From Mobula hypostoma (taxonomy: Eukaryota): DNA of 64,000 bases. Position numbers and translations under genes: made by a program. Of the stretch, positions 23,305-34,600 are shown one piece after another. Location of the stretch: positions 115,444,001-115,508,000 of the forward strand of contig NC_086107.1 in the NCBI RefSeq assembly GCF_963921235.1. The letters run 5' to 3'. Position 1 is the stretch's first letter, and every line of letters begins with the position of its first letter. Under the pieces are notes generated by a model. That model saw only the letters and a list, made by a program, of their open reading frames with translations, was not told the origin of the DNA and searched no databases.

Positions 23305-24250
23305 TCATGTAGGATACATAAGTATTTGGGTAGATGGGGCTTGATAATGGATAGTCAACATGGCTTGTGTATGGTAGGTCATGTCTAACCAACCCTATAG
23401 GGTTTATCAAGGACATTACCGGGAAAGGCAGTGGATGTTGTCTGCATGGACTTAAGCCAGAGGGTGGTAGTAGAGGGTTGCTTCTCTGACTGAAGACTGG
23501 TGTTGTGCTGCAGGGATTAGTGCTGGGTCCATTGTTGTTTGTCATTTAGATTAATGGTTTGAATGATAATATGGTAAACTGGATCAGCAAGTTGGCAGAG
23601 ATGACACCAAGACAGTGAGGAAGACTATCAAAGCTTGCATCAGGATCTGGACCAGCTAGAAAAATGGCAAATGGAATTTAAGGCAGACAAGTATGAAGTG
23701 TTCCACTTTGGGAGGACAAACCAGGGTAGGCCTTACACAAGGAATAGCAGGGCACTGAGGAGTGCAGTAGAACAAAGGGATCTGGGAATACAGATCCATA
23801 ATTCCTCAAGTGCCATCATAGGTAGATAGGGTCTTAAAAAGTTTTGGGCACATTGGCCCTTGTAAATCAGAGCCCTGAGTACAGGAGTTGAAGTTGTGCA
23901 AGACATTGGTGAGGCTAAATTTGGAGTATTGTGTGCAGTTCTGGTCACCTAGAGGAAGGAAAATTAAGATTGAAAGAGTGCAGTGAAGATTTACAAAGTC
24001 CTGAGTTACAGAGAAAGGTTGAATCGGTTTGATTGATGGGCAATGACAGGTATTGACTGAAGAGACACATAGCTCAGCCTGAGCTGGAGTGCAGGAGATC
24101 TTATGGAGGTATGCAAAATAATGAGGGGGATAGTTAAGGTGAGTGCCTGCAGGTTTTACCCTCTCAAGCGAGCCAAGAGTAGAAGTAGAAGATCAAGTTG
24201 GGATGGACTAGATGAGCCAAATAGCTTGTGTCTGTGCTGTCGTGCTTAAT
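23305..24250 (+). mobile_element. heavily degenerate CR1 RT fragment
   Basis: QHGL, QGLVLGPLLF, DLDQLEKWQMEFKADK, EQRDLGI, LVRLNLEYCVQFWSP. Confidence 0.8.
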
Positions 24251-24485
24251 GACTATCCACCTTCCTCACCATCCCTTCAACTTCCATCACTCTTTGCCAC
24301 CTGCCCCACCTTTCCTTCCTCAGTCTCCGTCCTGCATTCTCCATCCTCAACCCCTCCCACCTCATCACTCCTTTCCTCAGTGCCCCCTCTTGCTCCTTCC
24401 CTTCTTCCTTCTGCCCAGCGCCTCTCCATAAGACCCACAGTCTGCCTTTGCTGACAGCTGACTGCTGTGTGTTTGACTGTGACAG

Positions 24486-24648
24486 CCGCCACACGCTGAG
24501 CCGAAGGCGGATAATCCCACTGCCGCAGTGGAAGGCGAACCCGGAGACGGACCCAGAAGCCCTCTTCCAGAAGGACCAGTTAGTCCTTGCTCTCTACCCA
24601 CAGACTACCTGCTTCTATCGAGCTCTCATCCACGCTCCTCCCCAGCGG
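24486..24648 (+). CDS. SGF29: SGF29 coding exon 8 (Tudor 2)
   Basis: RHTLSRRRIIPLPQWKANPETDPEALFQKDQLVLALYPQTTCFYRALIHAPPQR, with Y238/Y245 of the H3K4me cage; CAG| and |GTGAGT; 163 nt. Confidence 0.97.
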
Positions 24649-24973
24649 GTGAGTGCGGGCAGGGTGGGGTCTCTCTGGGCCTTGACCTGGGACAAAGGAG
24701 CTGGCTGATCACTACATATCAAACTCAGTCACATCTCCTGTTCAGCTTCTGCCCTTCCAGAGGGGCTGGGGGACACTGGTCAGTTTACAGATCTCCCCGA
24801 AGGGAGAGGGACCAGTCAGTGAACAGAACAACTCCGAGGAGAGAGGGACTGCCCACTGTACATTTCCACGTGCTGTAGGGCATGGTGGGGTTTCTGCTGG
24901 GGAAGGGTGGGTGAGGTAATACATAGCTGTCAACATACTGATTTCTACCATTTAATGTCTCCTCTGTCCCCAG

Positions 24974-25090
24974 CCCCAGGATGATTACTCAGTCCTCTTT
25001 GAGGACACCTCCTATGCTGATGGATACTCCCCTCCACTCAACGTGGCCCAGCGTTACGTTGTGGCTTGCAAAGAGACCAAGAAAAAGTGA
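24974..25090 (+). CDS. SGF29: SGF29 last coding exon
   Basis: PQDDYSVLFEDTSYADGYSPPLNVAQRYVVACKETKKK*, with F264/D266. The nine exons sum to 882 nt = 293 aa + stop, and all splice phases are compatible. Confidence 0.97.
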   Translation, partial: PQDDYSVLFEDTSYADGYSPPLNVAQRYVVACKETKKK

Positions 25091-25174
25091 TGGACCTTTG
25101 GGCCTTACTGGAAAAGTGGAGTTGACTGGGGGGTGGGGTTGTTGGTGAGGTGTCTGTTCACATCCACTCATTTC

Positions 25175-25180
25175 AATAAA
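25175..25180 (+). terminator. SGF29 polyadenylation signal
   Basis: AATAAA 85 nt after the stop codon, followed by GT-rich sequence. Confidence 0.8.
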
Positions 25181-25234
25181 TGCATTTGGAAGTTATTCTG
25201 GTCGAGTCCCTGGTCAGGCTGAGCTGTGGGTCTC

Positions 25235-26342
25235 GAGTGTGTCATGGGACGGTGTGGAGGGAGATTCACTCTGTGTCTGACCCCGGGAGTGTGTGATGGG
25301 ACGGTGTGGAGGGAGTTTCACTCTGTGTCTGACCCCGGGAGTGTGTGATGGGACGGTGTGGAGGGAGTTTCACTCTGTGTCTGACCCTGGGAGTGTGTGA
25401 TGGGACGGTGTGGAGGGAGATTCACTCTGTGTCTGACCCCGGGAGTGTGTGATGGGACGGTGTGGAGGGAGCTTCACTCTGTGTCTGACCCCGGGAGTGT
25501 GTGATGGGACGGTGTGGAGGGACTTTCACTCTGTGTCTGACCCCGGGAGTGTGTGATGGGACGGTGTGGAGGGAGATTCACTCTGTGTCTGACCCCGGGA
25601 GGGTGTGATGGGACGGTGTGGAGGGAGTTTCACTCTGTGTCTGACCCCGGGAGTGTGTGATGGGACGGTGTGGAGGGAGATTCACTCTGTGTCTGACCCC
25701 GGGAGTGTGTGATGGGACGGTGTGGAGGGAGATTCACTCTGTGTCTGACCCCGGGAGTGTGTGATGGGACGGTGTGGAGGGAGATTCACTCTGTGTCTGA
25801 CCCCGGGAGTGTGTGATGGGACGGTGTGGAGGGAGTTTCACTCTGTGTCTGACCCCGGGAGTGTGTGATGGGACGGTGTGGAGGGAGATTCACTCTGTGT
25901 CTGACCCCGGGAGTGTGTGATGGGACGGTGTGGAGGGAGATTCACTCTGTGTCTGACCCCGGGAGTGTGTGATGGGACGGTGTGGAGGGAGATTCACTCT
26001 GTGTCTGACCCCGGGAGTGTGCGATGGGACGGTGTGGAGGGAGATTCACTCTGTGTCTGACTCTGGGAGTGTGTGATGGGACGGTGTGGAGGGAGATTCA
26101 CTCTGTGTCTGACCGCAGGAGTGTGTGATGGGACGGTGTGGAGGGAGTTTCACTCTGTGTCTGACCCCGGGAGTGTGTGATGGGACGGTGTGGAGGGAGA
26201 TTCACCCTGTGTCTGACCCCGGGAGTGTGTGATGGGACGGTGTGGAGGGAGTTTCACTCTGTGTCTGACTCTGGGAGTGTGTGATGGGACGGTGTGGAGG
26301 GAGATTCACTCTGTGTCTGACCGCAGGAGTGTGTGATGGGAC
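25235..26342. repeat. 52-bp minisatellite, ~21 copies
   Basis: GGGAGTGTGTGATGGGACGGTGTGGAGGGAG(A/T)TTCACTCTGTGTCTGACCCC; period verified at 25441->25493. Confidence 0.97.
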
Positions 26343-26410
26343 AGACAAAGGAATTTCTGCGCAGTACTTTGATCCATCCAGCCATTCAACACTTTTCATT
26401 CCTCAATGAG

Positions 26411-26416
26411 TTTATT
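26411..26416 (-). terminator. TUFM polyadenylation signal
   Basis: TTTATT on + (AATAAA on -), 100 nt after the TUFM stop codon. Confidence 0.8.
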
Positions 26417-26515
26417 TTTAATAATAAAAAAGAACATTTTAAATAACATCTGAGAGTGAGAGCTTGGGGAGGGACCAGTTGCAGAATTTGGTATGGGTGC
26501 GGTGAGGGGCACGGA

Positions 26516-26683
26516 TCAGCCCCAGTTGATGTCCTCGGGCGTGCTCTGCAGGACGTTGATGACCAGACCTGTGCCGATGGTCTTGTTCCCATCCCTCAGG
26601 GTGAAACGCTGGCCTTTCTCCAACACCATGGGCTGCCGCAGGGTGAGGGTGAGGGAGGTGTCTTCCCCAGGCATGACCAGCTC
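26516..26683 (-). CDS. TUFM: mitochondrial elongation factor Tu, last coding exon
   Basis: (CT)n TGCAG| [55 protein letters not shown]; EF-Tu domain 3 with the mitochondrial-type C-terminal extension. Confidence 0.96.
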   Translation of the reverse strand, partial: ELVMPGEDTSLTLTLRQPMVLEKGQRFTLRDGNKTIGTGLVINVLQSTPEDINWG

Positions 26684-26759
26684 CTGCAGAGAGAGAGAGA
26701 GGGAAAAGAAGTGAGCGTGGGGAATGCTCAGTCAAGGTGCAGGTTCCTCCACAGCCCGT

Positions 26760-28728
26760 GTCCCCCAGCGTCAGACACTGCACTGTGTGTGTGTGTGTCC
26801 CAGCGTCAGACACCGCACTGTGTGTGTCCCAGCGTCAGACACTGCACTGTGTGTGTGTCCCAGCGTCAGACACTGCACTGTGTGTGTGTGCGTGTGTGTC
26901 CCAGCATCAGACACTGCACTGTGTGTGTGTCCCAGCGTCAGAAACTGCACTGTGTGTGTGTGTGTGTCCCAGCATCAGACACTGCACTGTGTGTGTGTGT
27001 GTCCCAGCGTCAGACACTGCAGTGTGTGTCCCAGCGTCAGACACCGCACTGTGTGTGTCCCAGCGTCAGACACTGCACTGTGTGTGTGTCCCAGCGTCAG
27101 ACACTGCACTGTGTGTGTGTGCGTGTGTGTCCCAGCGTCAGACACTGCACTGTGTGTGTGTCCCAGCGTCAGAAACTGCACTGTGTGTGTGTGTCCCAGC
27201 ATCAGACACTGCACTGTGTGTGTGTGTGTGTGTCCCAGCATCAGACACTGCACTGTGTGTGTGTGTGTCCCAGCATCAGACACTGCACTGTGTGTGTGTG
27301 TGTCCCAGCATCAGACACTGCACTGTGTGTGTGTGTCCCAGCATCAGACACTGCACTGTGTGTGTGTCCCCCAGCGTCAGACACTGCACGTGTGTGTGTG
27401 TGTGTGTCCCAGCATCAGACACTGCACTGTGTGTGTGTGTCCCAGCATCAGACACTGCACTGTGTGTGTGTGTGTCCCAGCATCAGACACTACACTGTGT
27501 GTGTGTGTGTCCCAGCATCAGACACTGCACTGTGTGTGTGTGTCCCAGCGTCAGACACCGCACTGTGTGTGTGTGTGTGTGTGTGTCCCAGCGTCAGACA
27601 CTGCACTGTGTGTGTGTGTCCCAGCGTCAGACACTGCACTGTGTGTGTGTGTGTCCCAGCGTCAGACACTGCAGTGTGTGTCCCAGCGTCAGACACCGCA
27701 CTCTGTGTGTCCCAGCGTCAGACACTGCACTGTGTGTGTGTGCGTGTGTCCCAGCGTCAGACACTGCACTGTGTGTGTGTGTGTCCCAGCGTCAGACACT
27801 GCACTGTGTGTGTGTGTGTGTGTCCCAGCGTCAGAAACTGCACTGTGTGTGTCCCAGCATCAGACACTGCACTGTGTGTGTGTGTGTGTCCCAGCATCAG
27901 ACACTGCACTGTGTGTGTGTGTCCCAGCGTCAGACACTGCACTGTGTGTGTGTCCCCCAGCGTCAGACACTGCACTGTGTGTGTGTGTGTCCCCCAGCGT
28001 CAGACACTGCACTGTGTGTGTGTGTCCCCCAGCGTCAGACACTGCACTGTGTGTGTGTGTGTCCCCCAGCGTCAGACACTGCACTGTGTGTGTGTGTCCC
28101 AGCGTCAGACACTGCACTGTGTGTGTGTCCCAGCGTCAGACACTGCACTGTGTGTGTGTGTGTCCCAGCGTCAGACACTGCAGTGTGTGTCCCAGCGTAA
28201 GACACCGCACTGTGTGTCCCAGCGTCAGACACTGCACTGTGTGTGTGTCCCAGCGTCAGACACTGCACTGTGTGTGTGTGCCCCAGCGTCAGACACTGCA
28301 CTGTGTGTGTGTGTGTGTGTCCCAGCGTCAGACACTGCACTGTGTGTCCCAGCGTCAGAAACTACACTGTGTGTGTGTGTCCCAGCATCAGACACTGCAC
28401 TGTGTGTGTGTGTGTCCCAGCATCAGACACTGCACTGTGTGTGTGTGTGTCCCAGCATCAGACACTGCACTGTGTGTGTGTGTCCCAGCATCAGACACTG
28501 CACTGTGTGTGTGTGTGTCCCAGCGTCAGACACTGCACTGTGTGTGTGTGTCCCAGTGTCAGACACTGCACTGTGTGTGTGTGTGTCCCAGCGTCAGACA
28601 CTGCAGTGTGTGTCCCAGCGTCAGACACCGCACTGTGTGTGTCCCAGCGTCAGACACTGCACTGTGTGTGTCCCAGCATCAGACACTGCACTGTGTGTGT
28701 GTGCGTGTGTCCCAGCGTCAGACACTGC

Positions 28729-28762
<34 letters not shown>

Positions 28763-29952
28763 AGCGTCAGACACTGCACTGTGTGTGTGTGTCCCAGCGT
28801 CAGAAACTGCACTGTGTGTGTGTGTCCCAGCATCAGACACTGCACTGTGTGTGTGTGTCCCAGCATCAGACACTGCACTGTGTGTGTGTGTCCCAGCATC
28901 AGACACTGCACTGTGTGTGTGTGTGTGTCCCAGCGTCAGACACTGCACTGTGTGTGTGTGTGTGTCCCAGCGTCAGACACTGCACTGTGTGTGTCCCAGT
29001 GTCAGACACTGCACTGTGTGTGTGTGTGTCCCAGCGTCAGACACTGCACTGTGTGTGTGTGTGTCCCAGCGTCAGACACTGCACTGTGTGTGTGTCCCCC
29101 AGCGTCAGACACTGCACTGTGTGCGTGTCCCAGCGTCAGACACTGCACTGTGTGCGTGTCCCAGCGTCAGACACTGCACTGTGTGTGTGTCCCAGTGTCA
29201 GACACTGCACTGTGTGTGTCCCAGCGTCAGACACTGCACTGTGTGTGTGTGTCCCAGCATCAGACACTGCACTGTGTGTGTGTCCCAGCGTCAGACACTA
29301 CACTGTGTGTGTGTGTGTCCCAGCGTCAGACACTACACTGTGTGTGTGTGTCCCAGCGTCAGACACTGCACTGTGTCTGTGTGTCCCAGCATCAGACACT
29401 GCACTGTGTGTGTGTGTGTGTGTCCCAGCATCAGACACTGCACTGTGTGTGTGTGTGTGTGTGTCCCAGCGTCAGACACTGCACTGTGTGTGTGTGTGTC
29501 CCAGCGTCAGACACTGCACTGTGTGTGTGTGTCCCAGCATCAGACACTGCACTGTGTCTGTGTGTCCCAGCATCAGACACTGCACTGTGTGTGTGTGTGT
29601 GTTCCAGCGTCAGACACTGCACTGTGTGTGTGTGTCCCAGCATCAGACACTGCAGTGTGTCCCAGCGTCAGACACCGCACTGTGTGTGTCCCAGCGTCAG
29701 ACACTGCACTGTGTGTGTGTGCGTGTGTGTCCCAGCGTCAGACACTGCACTGTGTGTGTGTGTGTCCAGGCATCAGACACAGCACTGTGTGTGTGTGTGT
29801 ATCCCAGCGTCAGACACTGCACTGTGTGTGTGTGTGTCCCAGCATCAGACACTGCACTGTGTGTGTGTCCCAGCGTCAGACACTGCACTGTGTGTGTCTG
29901 TGTCCCAGCGTCAGACACTGCACAGCCCGTGTCCCCCAGCGTCAGACACTGC

Positions 29953-29988
<36 letters not shown>

Positions 29989-31587
29989 AGCGTCAGACAC
30001 TGCACTGTGTGTGTGTCCCAGCATCAGACACTGCACTGTGTGTGTGTCCCAGCATCAGACACTGCACTGTGTGTGTGTGTGTCCCAGCATCAGACACTGC
30101 ACGGTGTGTGTCCCAGCGTCAGACACTCCACAGCCCGTGTCCCCCAGCGTCAGACACTGCACTGTGTGTGTGTGTGTGTGTGTCCCAGCGTCAGACACTG
30201 CACTGTGTGTGTGTGTGTGTGTCCCAGCGTCAGACACTGCACTGTGTGTGTGTGTGTCCCAGCGTCAGACACTGCACTGTGTGTGTGTCCCAGCATCAGA
30301 CACTACACTGTGTGTGTGTCCCAGCATCAGACACTGCACTGTGTGTGTGTGTGTCCCAGCGTCAGACACTGCACTGTGTGTGTGTCCCAGCGTCAGACAC
30401 TGCACTGTGTGTGTGTCCCAGCGTCAGACACTGCACTGTGTGTGTGTGTGTCCCAGCATCAGACACTGCACGGTGTGTGTCCCAGCGTCAGACACTCCAC
30501 AGCCCGTGTCCCCCAGCGTCAGACACTGCACTGTGTGTGTGTGTCCNNNNNNNNNNNNNNNNNNNNNNNNNNNNNNNNNNNNNNNNNNNNNNNNNNNNNN
30601 NNNNNNNNNNNNNNNNNNNNNNNNNNNNNNNNNNNNNNNNNNNNNNNNNNNNNNNNNNNNNNNNNNNNNNNNNNNNNNNNNNNNNNGTGTGTGTCCCAGC
30701 GTCAGACACTCCACAGCCCGTGTCCACCAGCGTCAGACACTGCACTGTGTGTGTGTGTCCNNNNNNNNNNNNNNNNNNNNNNNNNNNNNNNNNNNNNNNN
30801 NNNNNNNNNNNNNNNNNNNNNNNNNNNNNNNNNNNNNNNNNNNNNNNNNNNNNNNNNNNNNNNNNNNNNNNNNNNNNNNNNNNNNNNNNNNNNNNNNNNN
30901 NNNTGTGTGTGTCCCAGCATCAGACACTACACTGTGTGTGTGTCCCAGCATCAGACACTGCACTGTGTGTGTGTGTGTCCCAGCGTCAGACACTGCACTG
31001 TGTGTGTGTCCCAGCGTCAGACACTGCACTGTGTGTGTGTCCCAGCGTCAGACACTGCACTGTGTGTGTGTGTGTGTGTCCCAGCATCAGACACTGCACT
31101 GTGTGTGTGTGTGTCCCAGCATCAGACACTGCACTGTGTGTGTGTGTCCCAGCGTCAGACACTGCACTGTGTGTGTGTGTGTGTGTGTGTGTCCCAGCAT
31201 CAGACACTGCACTGTGTGTGCGTGTCCCAGCGTCAGACACTGCACTGTGTGTGTCCCCCAGCGTCAGACACTGCACTGTGTGTGTGTGTCCCAGCGTCAG
31301 ACACTGCACTGTGTTTGTGTGTCCCCCAGCGTCAGACACTGCACTGTGTGTGTCCCCCAGCGTCAGACACTGCACTGTGTGTGTCCCCCAGCGTCAGACA
31401 CTGCACTGTGTGTGTGTCCCAGCGTCAGACGCTGCACTGTGTGCGTGTCCCAGTGTCAGACACTGCACTGTGTGTGTGTGTGTGTGTGTGTGTCCCAGCA
31501 TCAGACACTGCACTGTGTGTGTGTGTGTCCCAGCGTCAGACACTGCACTGTGTGTGTGTGTGTGTGTGTCCCAGCGTCAGACACTGC

Positions 31588-31624
<37 letters not shown>

Positions 31625-34600
31625 AGGCATCAGACACTGCACTGTGTGTGTGTGTCCCAGCATCAGACACTGCACTGTGTGTGTGTGTCCCAGCGTCAGA
31701 CACTGCACTGTGTGTGTGTCCCAGCGTCAGACACTGCACTGTGTGCGTGTCCCAGCACCAGGCACTGCACTCTGTGTGTCCCAGTGTCAGACACTGCACT
31801 GTGTGTCCCAGCGTCAGACACTGCACTGTGTGTGTGTGTGTGTGTCCCAGCGTCAGACACTGCACTGTGTGTGTCCCAGCGTCAGACACTGCACTGTGTG
31901 TGTGTGTTTCCCAGCGTCAGACACTGCACTGTGTGTGTGTCCCAGCATCAGACACTGCACTGTGTGTGTGTCCCAGCGTCAGACACTGCACTGTGTCTGT
32001 GTGTCCCAGCATCAGACACTGCACTGTGTGTGTGTGTGTGTTCCAGCGTCAGACACTGCACTGTGTGTGTGTCCCAGCGCCAGACACTGCAGTGTGTCCC
32101 AGCGTCAGACACCGCACTGTGTGTGTCCCAGCGTCAGACACTGCACTGTGTGTGTGTGCGTGTGTGTCCCAGCGTCAGACACTGCACTGTGTGTGTGTGT
32201 GTCCAGGCATCAGACACGGCACTGTGTGTGTGTGTGTATATCCCAGCGTCAGACACTGCACTATGTGTGTGTCCCAGCATCAGACACTGCACTGTGTGTG
32301 TGTGTGTGTGTGTCCCAGCATCAGACACTGCACTGTGTGTGTGTGTGTCCCAGCGTCAGACACTGCACTGTGTGTGTGTGTGTGTGTGTGTGTGTCCCAG
32401 CATCAGACACTGCACTGTGTGTGTGTGTCCCAGCGTCAGACACCGCACTGTGTGTGTCCCAGCGTCAGACACTGCACTGTGTGTCCCAGCGTCAGACACT
32501 GCACTGTGTGTCCCCCAGCGTCAGACACTGCACTGTGTGTGTGTGTCCCAGTGTCAGACACCGCACTGTGTGTGCGTGTGTGTCCCAGCATCAGACACTG
32601 CACTGTGTGTGCGTGTGCATCCCAGCATCAGACACTGCACTGTGTGTGTGTGTCCCCCAGCGTCAGACAATGCACTGTGTGTGTGTCCCCCAGCGTCAGA
32701 CACTGCACTGTGTGTGTGTGTGTGTGTGTCCCAGCACCAGACACTGCACTGTCTGTGTGTGTGCGTGTCCCAGCATCAGACACTGCACTGTGTGTGTGTG
32801 TGTGTCCCAGCATCAGACACTGCACTGTGTGTGTGTGTGTCCCAAGGTCAGACACTGCACTGTGTGTGTGTGTGTGTCCCAGCATCAGACACTGCACTGT
32901 GTGTGTGTGTGTCCCAGGGTCAGACACTGCACTGTGTGTGTGTGTGTGTGTCCCAGCGTCAGACACTGCACTGTGTGTGTGTGTGTCCCAGCGTCAGACA
33001 CTGCACTGTGTGTGTGTGTGTCCCAGCGTCAGACACTGCACTGTGTGTGTGTGTCCCATCGTCAGACACTGCACTGTGTGTGTGTCCCAGCGTCAGACAC
33101 TGCACTGTGCGTGTATCACAGCNNNNNNNNNNNNNNNNNNNNNNNNNNNNNNNNNNNNNNNNNNNNNNNNNNNNNNNNNNNNNNNNNNNNNNNNNNNNNN
33201 NNNNNNNNNNNNNNNNNNNNNNNNNNNNNNNNNNNNNNNNNNNNNNNNNNNNNNNNNNNNNNNNNNNNNNNNNNNNNNNNNNNNNNNNNNNNNNTGTGTG
33301 TGTGTCCCAGCGTCAGACACGGCACTGTGTGTGTGTGTCCCAGCGTCAGACACTGCACTGTGTGTGTGTGTGTGTCCCAGTGTCAGACACTGCACTGTGT
33401 GTGTGTGTGTGTGTCCCAGCGTCAGACACGGCACTGTGTGTGTGTGTCCCAGCGTCAGACACTGCACTGTGTGTGTGTGTGTGTGTCCCAGCGTCAGACA
33501 CGGCACTGTGTGTGTGTGTCCCAGCGTCAGACACTGCACTGTGTGTGTGTGTGTCCCAGCGTCAGACACTGCACTGTGTGTGTGTGTGTCCCAGCGTCAG
33601 ACACTGCACTGTGTGTGTGTGTGTGTCCCAGCGTCAGACACTGCACTGTGTGTGTGTGTGTGTGTCCCAGCGTCAGACACGGCACTGTGTGTGTGTGTCC
33701 CAGCGTCAGACACTGCACTGTGTGTGTGTGTGTCCCAGCGTCAGACACTGCACTGTGTGTGTGTGTGTCCCAGCGTCAGACACTGCACTGTGTGTGTGTG
33801 TGTGTCCCAGCGTCAGACACTGCACTGTGTGTGTGTGTGTCCCAGCGTCAGACACTGCACTGTGTGTGTGTGTGTCCCAGCATCAGACACTGCACTGTGT
33901 GTGTGTCCCAGCGTCAGACACTGCACTGTGTGTGTGTCCCAGCGTCAGACACTGCACTGTGTGTGTGTCCCAGCGTCAGACACTGCACTGTGTGTGTGTG
34001 TGTGTGTGTCCCAGCGTCAGACACTGCACTGTGTGTGTGTGTGTCCCAGCGTCAGACACTGCACTGTGTGTGTGTGTGTCCCAGCGTCAGACACTGCACT
34101 GTGTGTGTGTGTCCCAGCGTCAGACACTGCACTGTGTGTGTGTGTGTCCCAGCGTCAGACACTGCACTGTGTGTGTGTCCCAGCGTCAGACACTGCACTG
34201 TGTGTGTGTGTGTGTCCCAGCGTCAGACACTGCACTGTGTGTGTGTGTGTCCCAGCATCAGACACTGCACTGTGTGTGTGTGTGTGTGTCCCAGCGTCAG
34301 ACACTGCACTGTGTGTGTGTGTGTGTGTGTGTGTCCCAGCGTCAGACACTGCACGGTGTGTGTCCCAGTGTCAGACACTGCACTGTGTGTGTGTCCCCCA
34401 GCGTCAGACACTGCACAGTGTGTGTGTGTCCCAGCATCAGACACTGCACTGTGTGTGTGTCCCCCAGCGTCAGACACTGCACAGTGTGTGTGTGTCCCAG
34501 CATCAGACACTGCACTGTGTGTGTGAGACCCAGCGTCAGACACTGCACTGTGTGTGTGTGTGTCCCATCGTCAGACACTGCACTGTGTGTGTGTCCCAGC

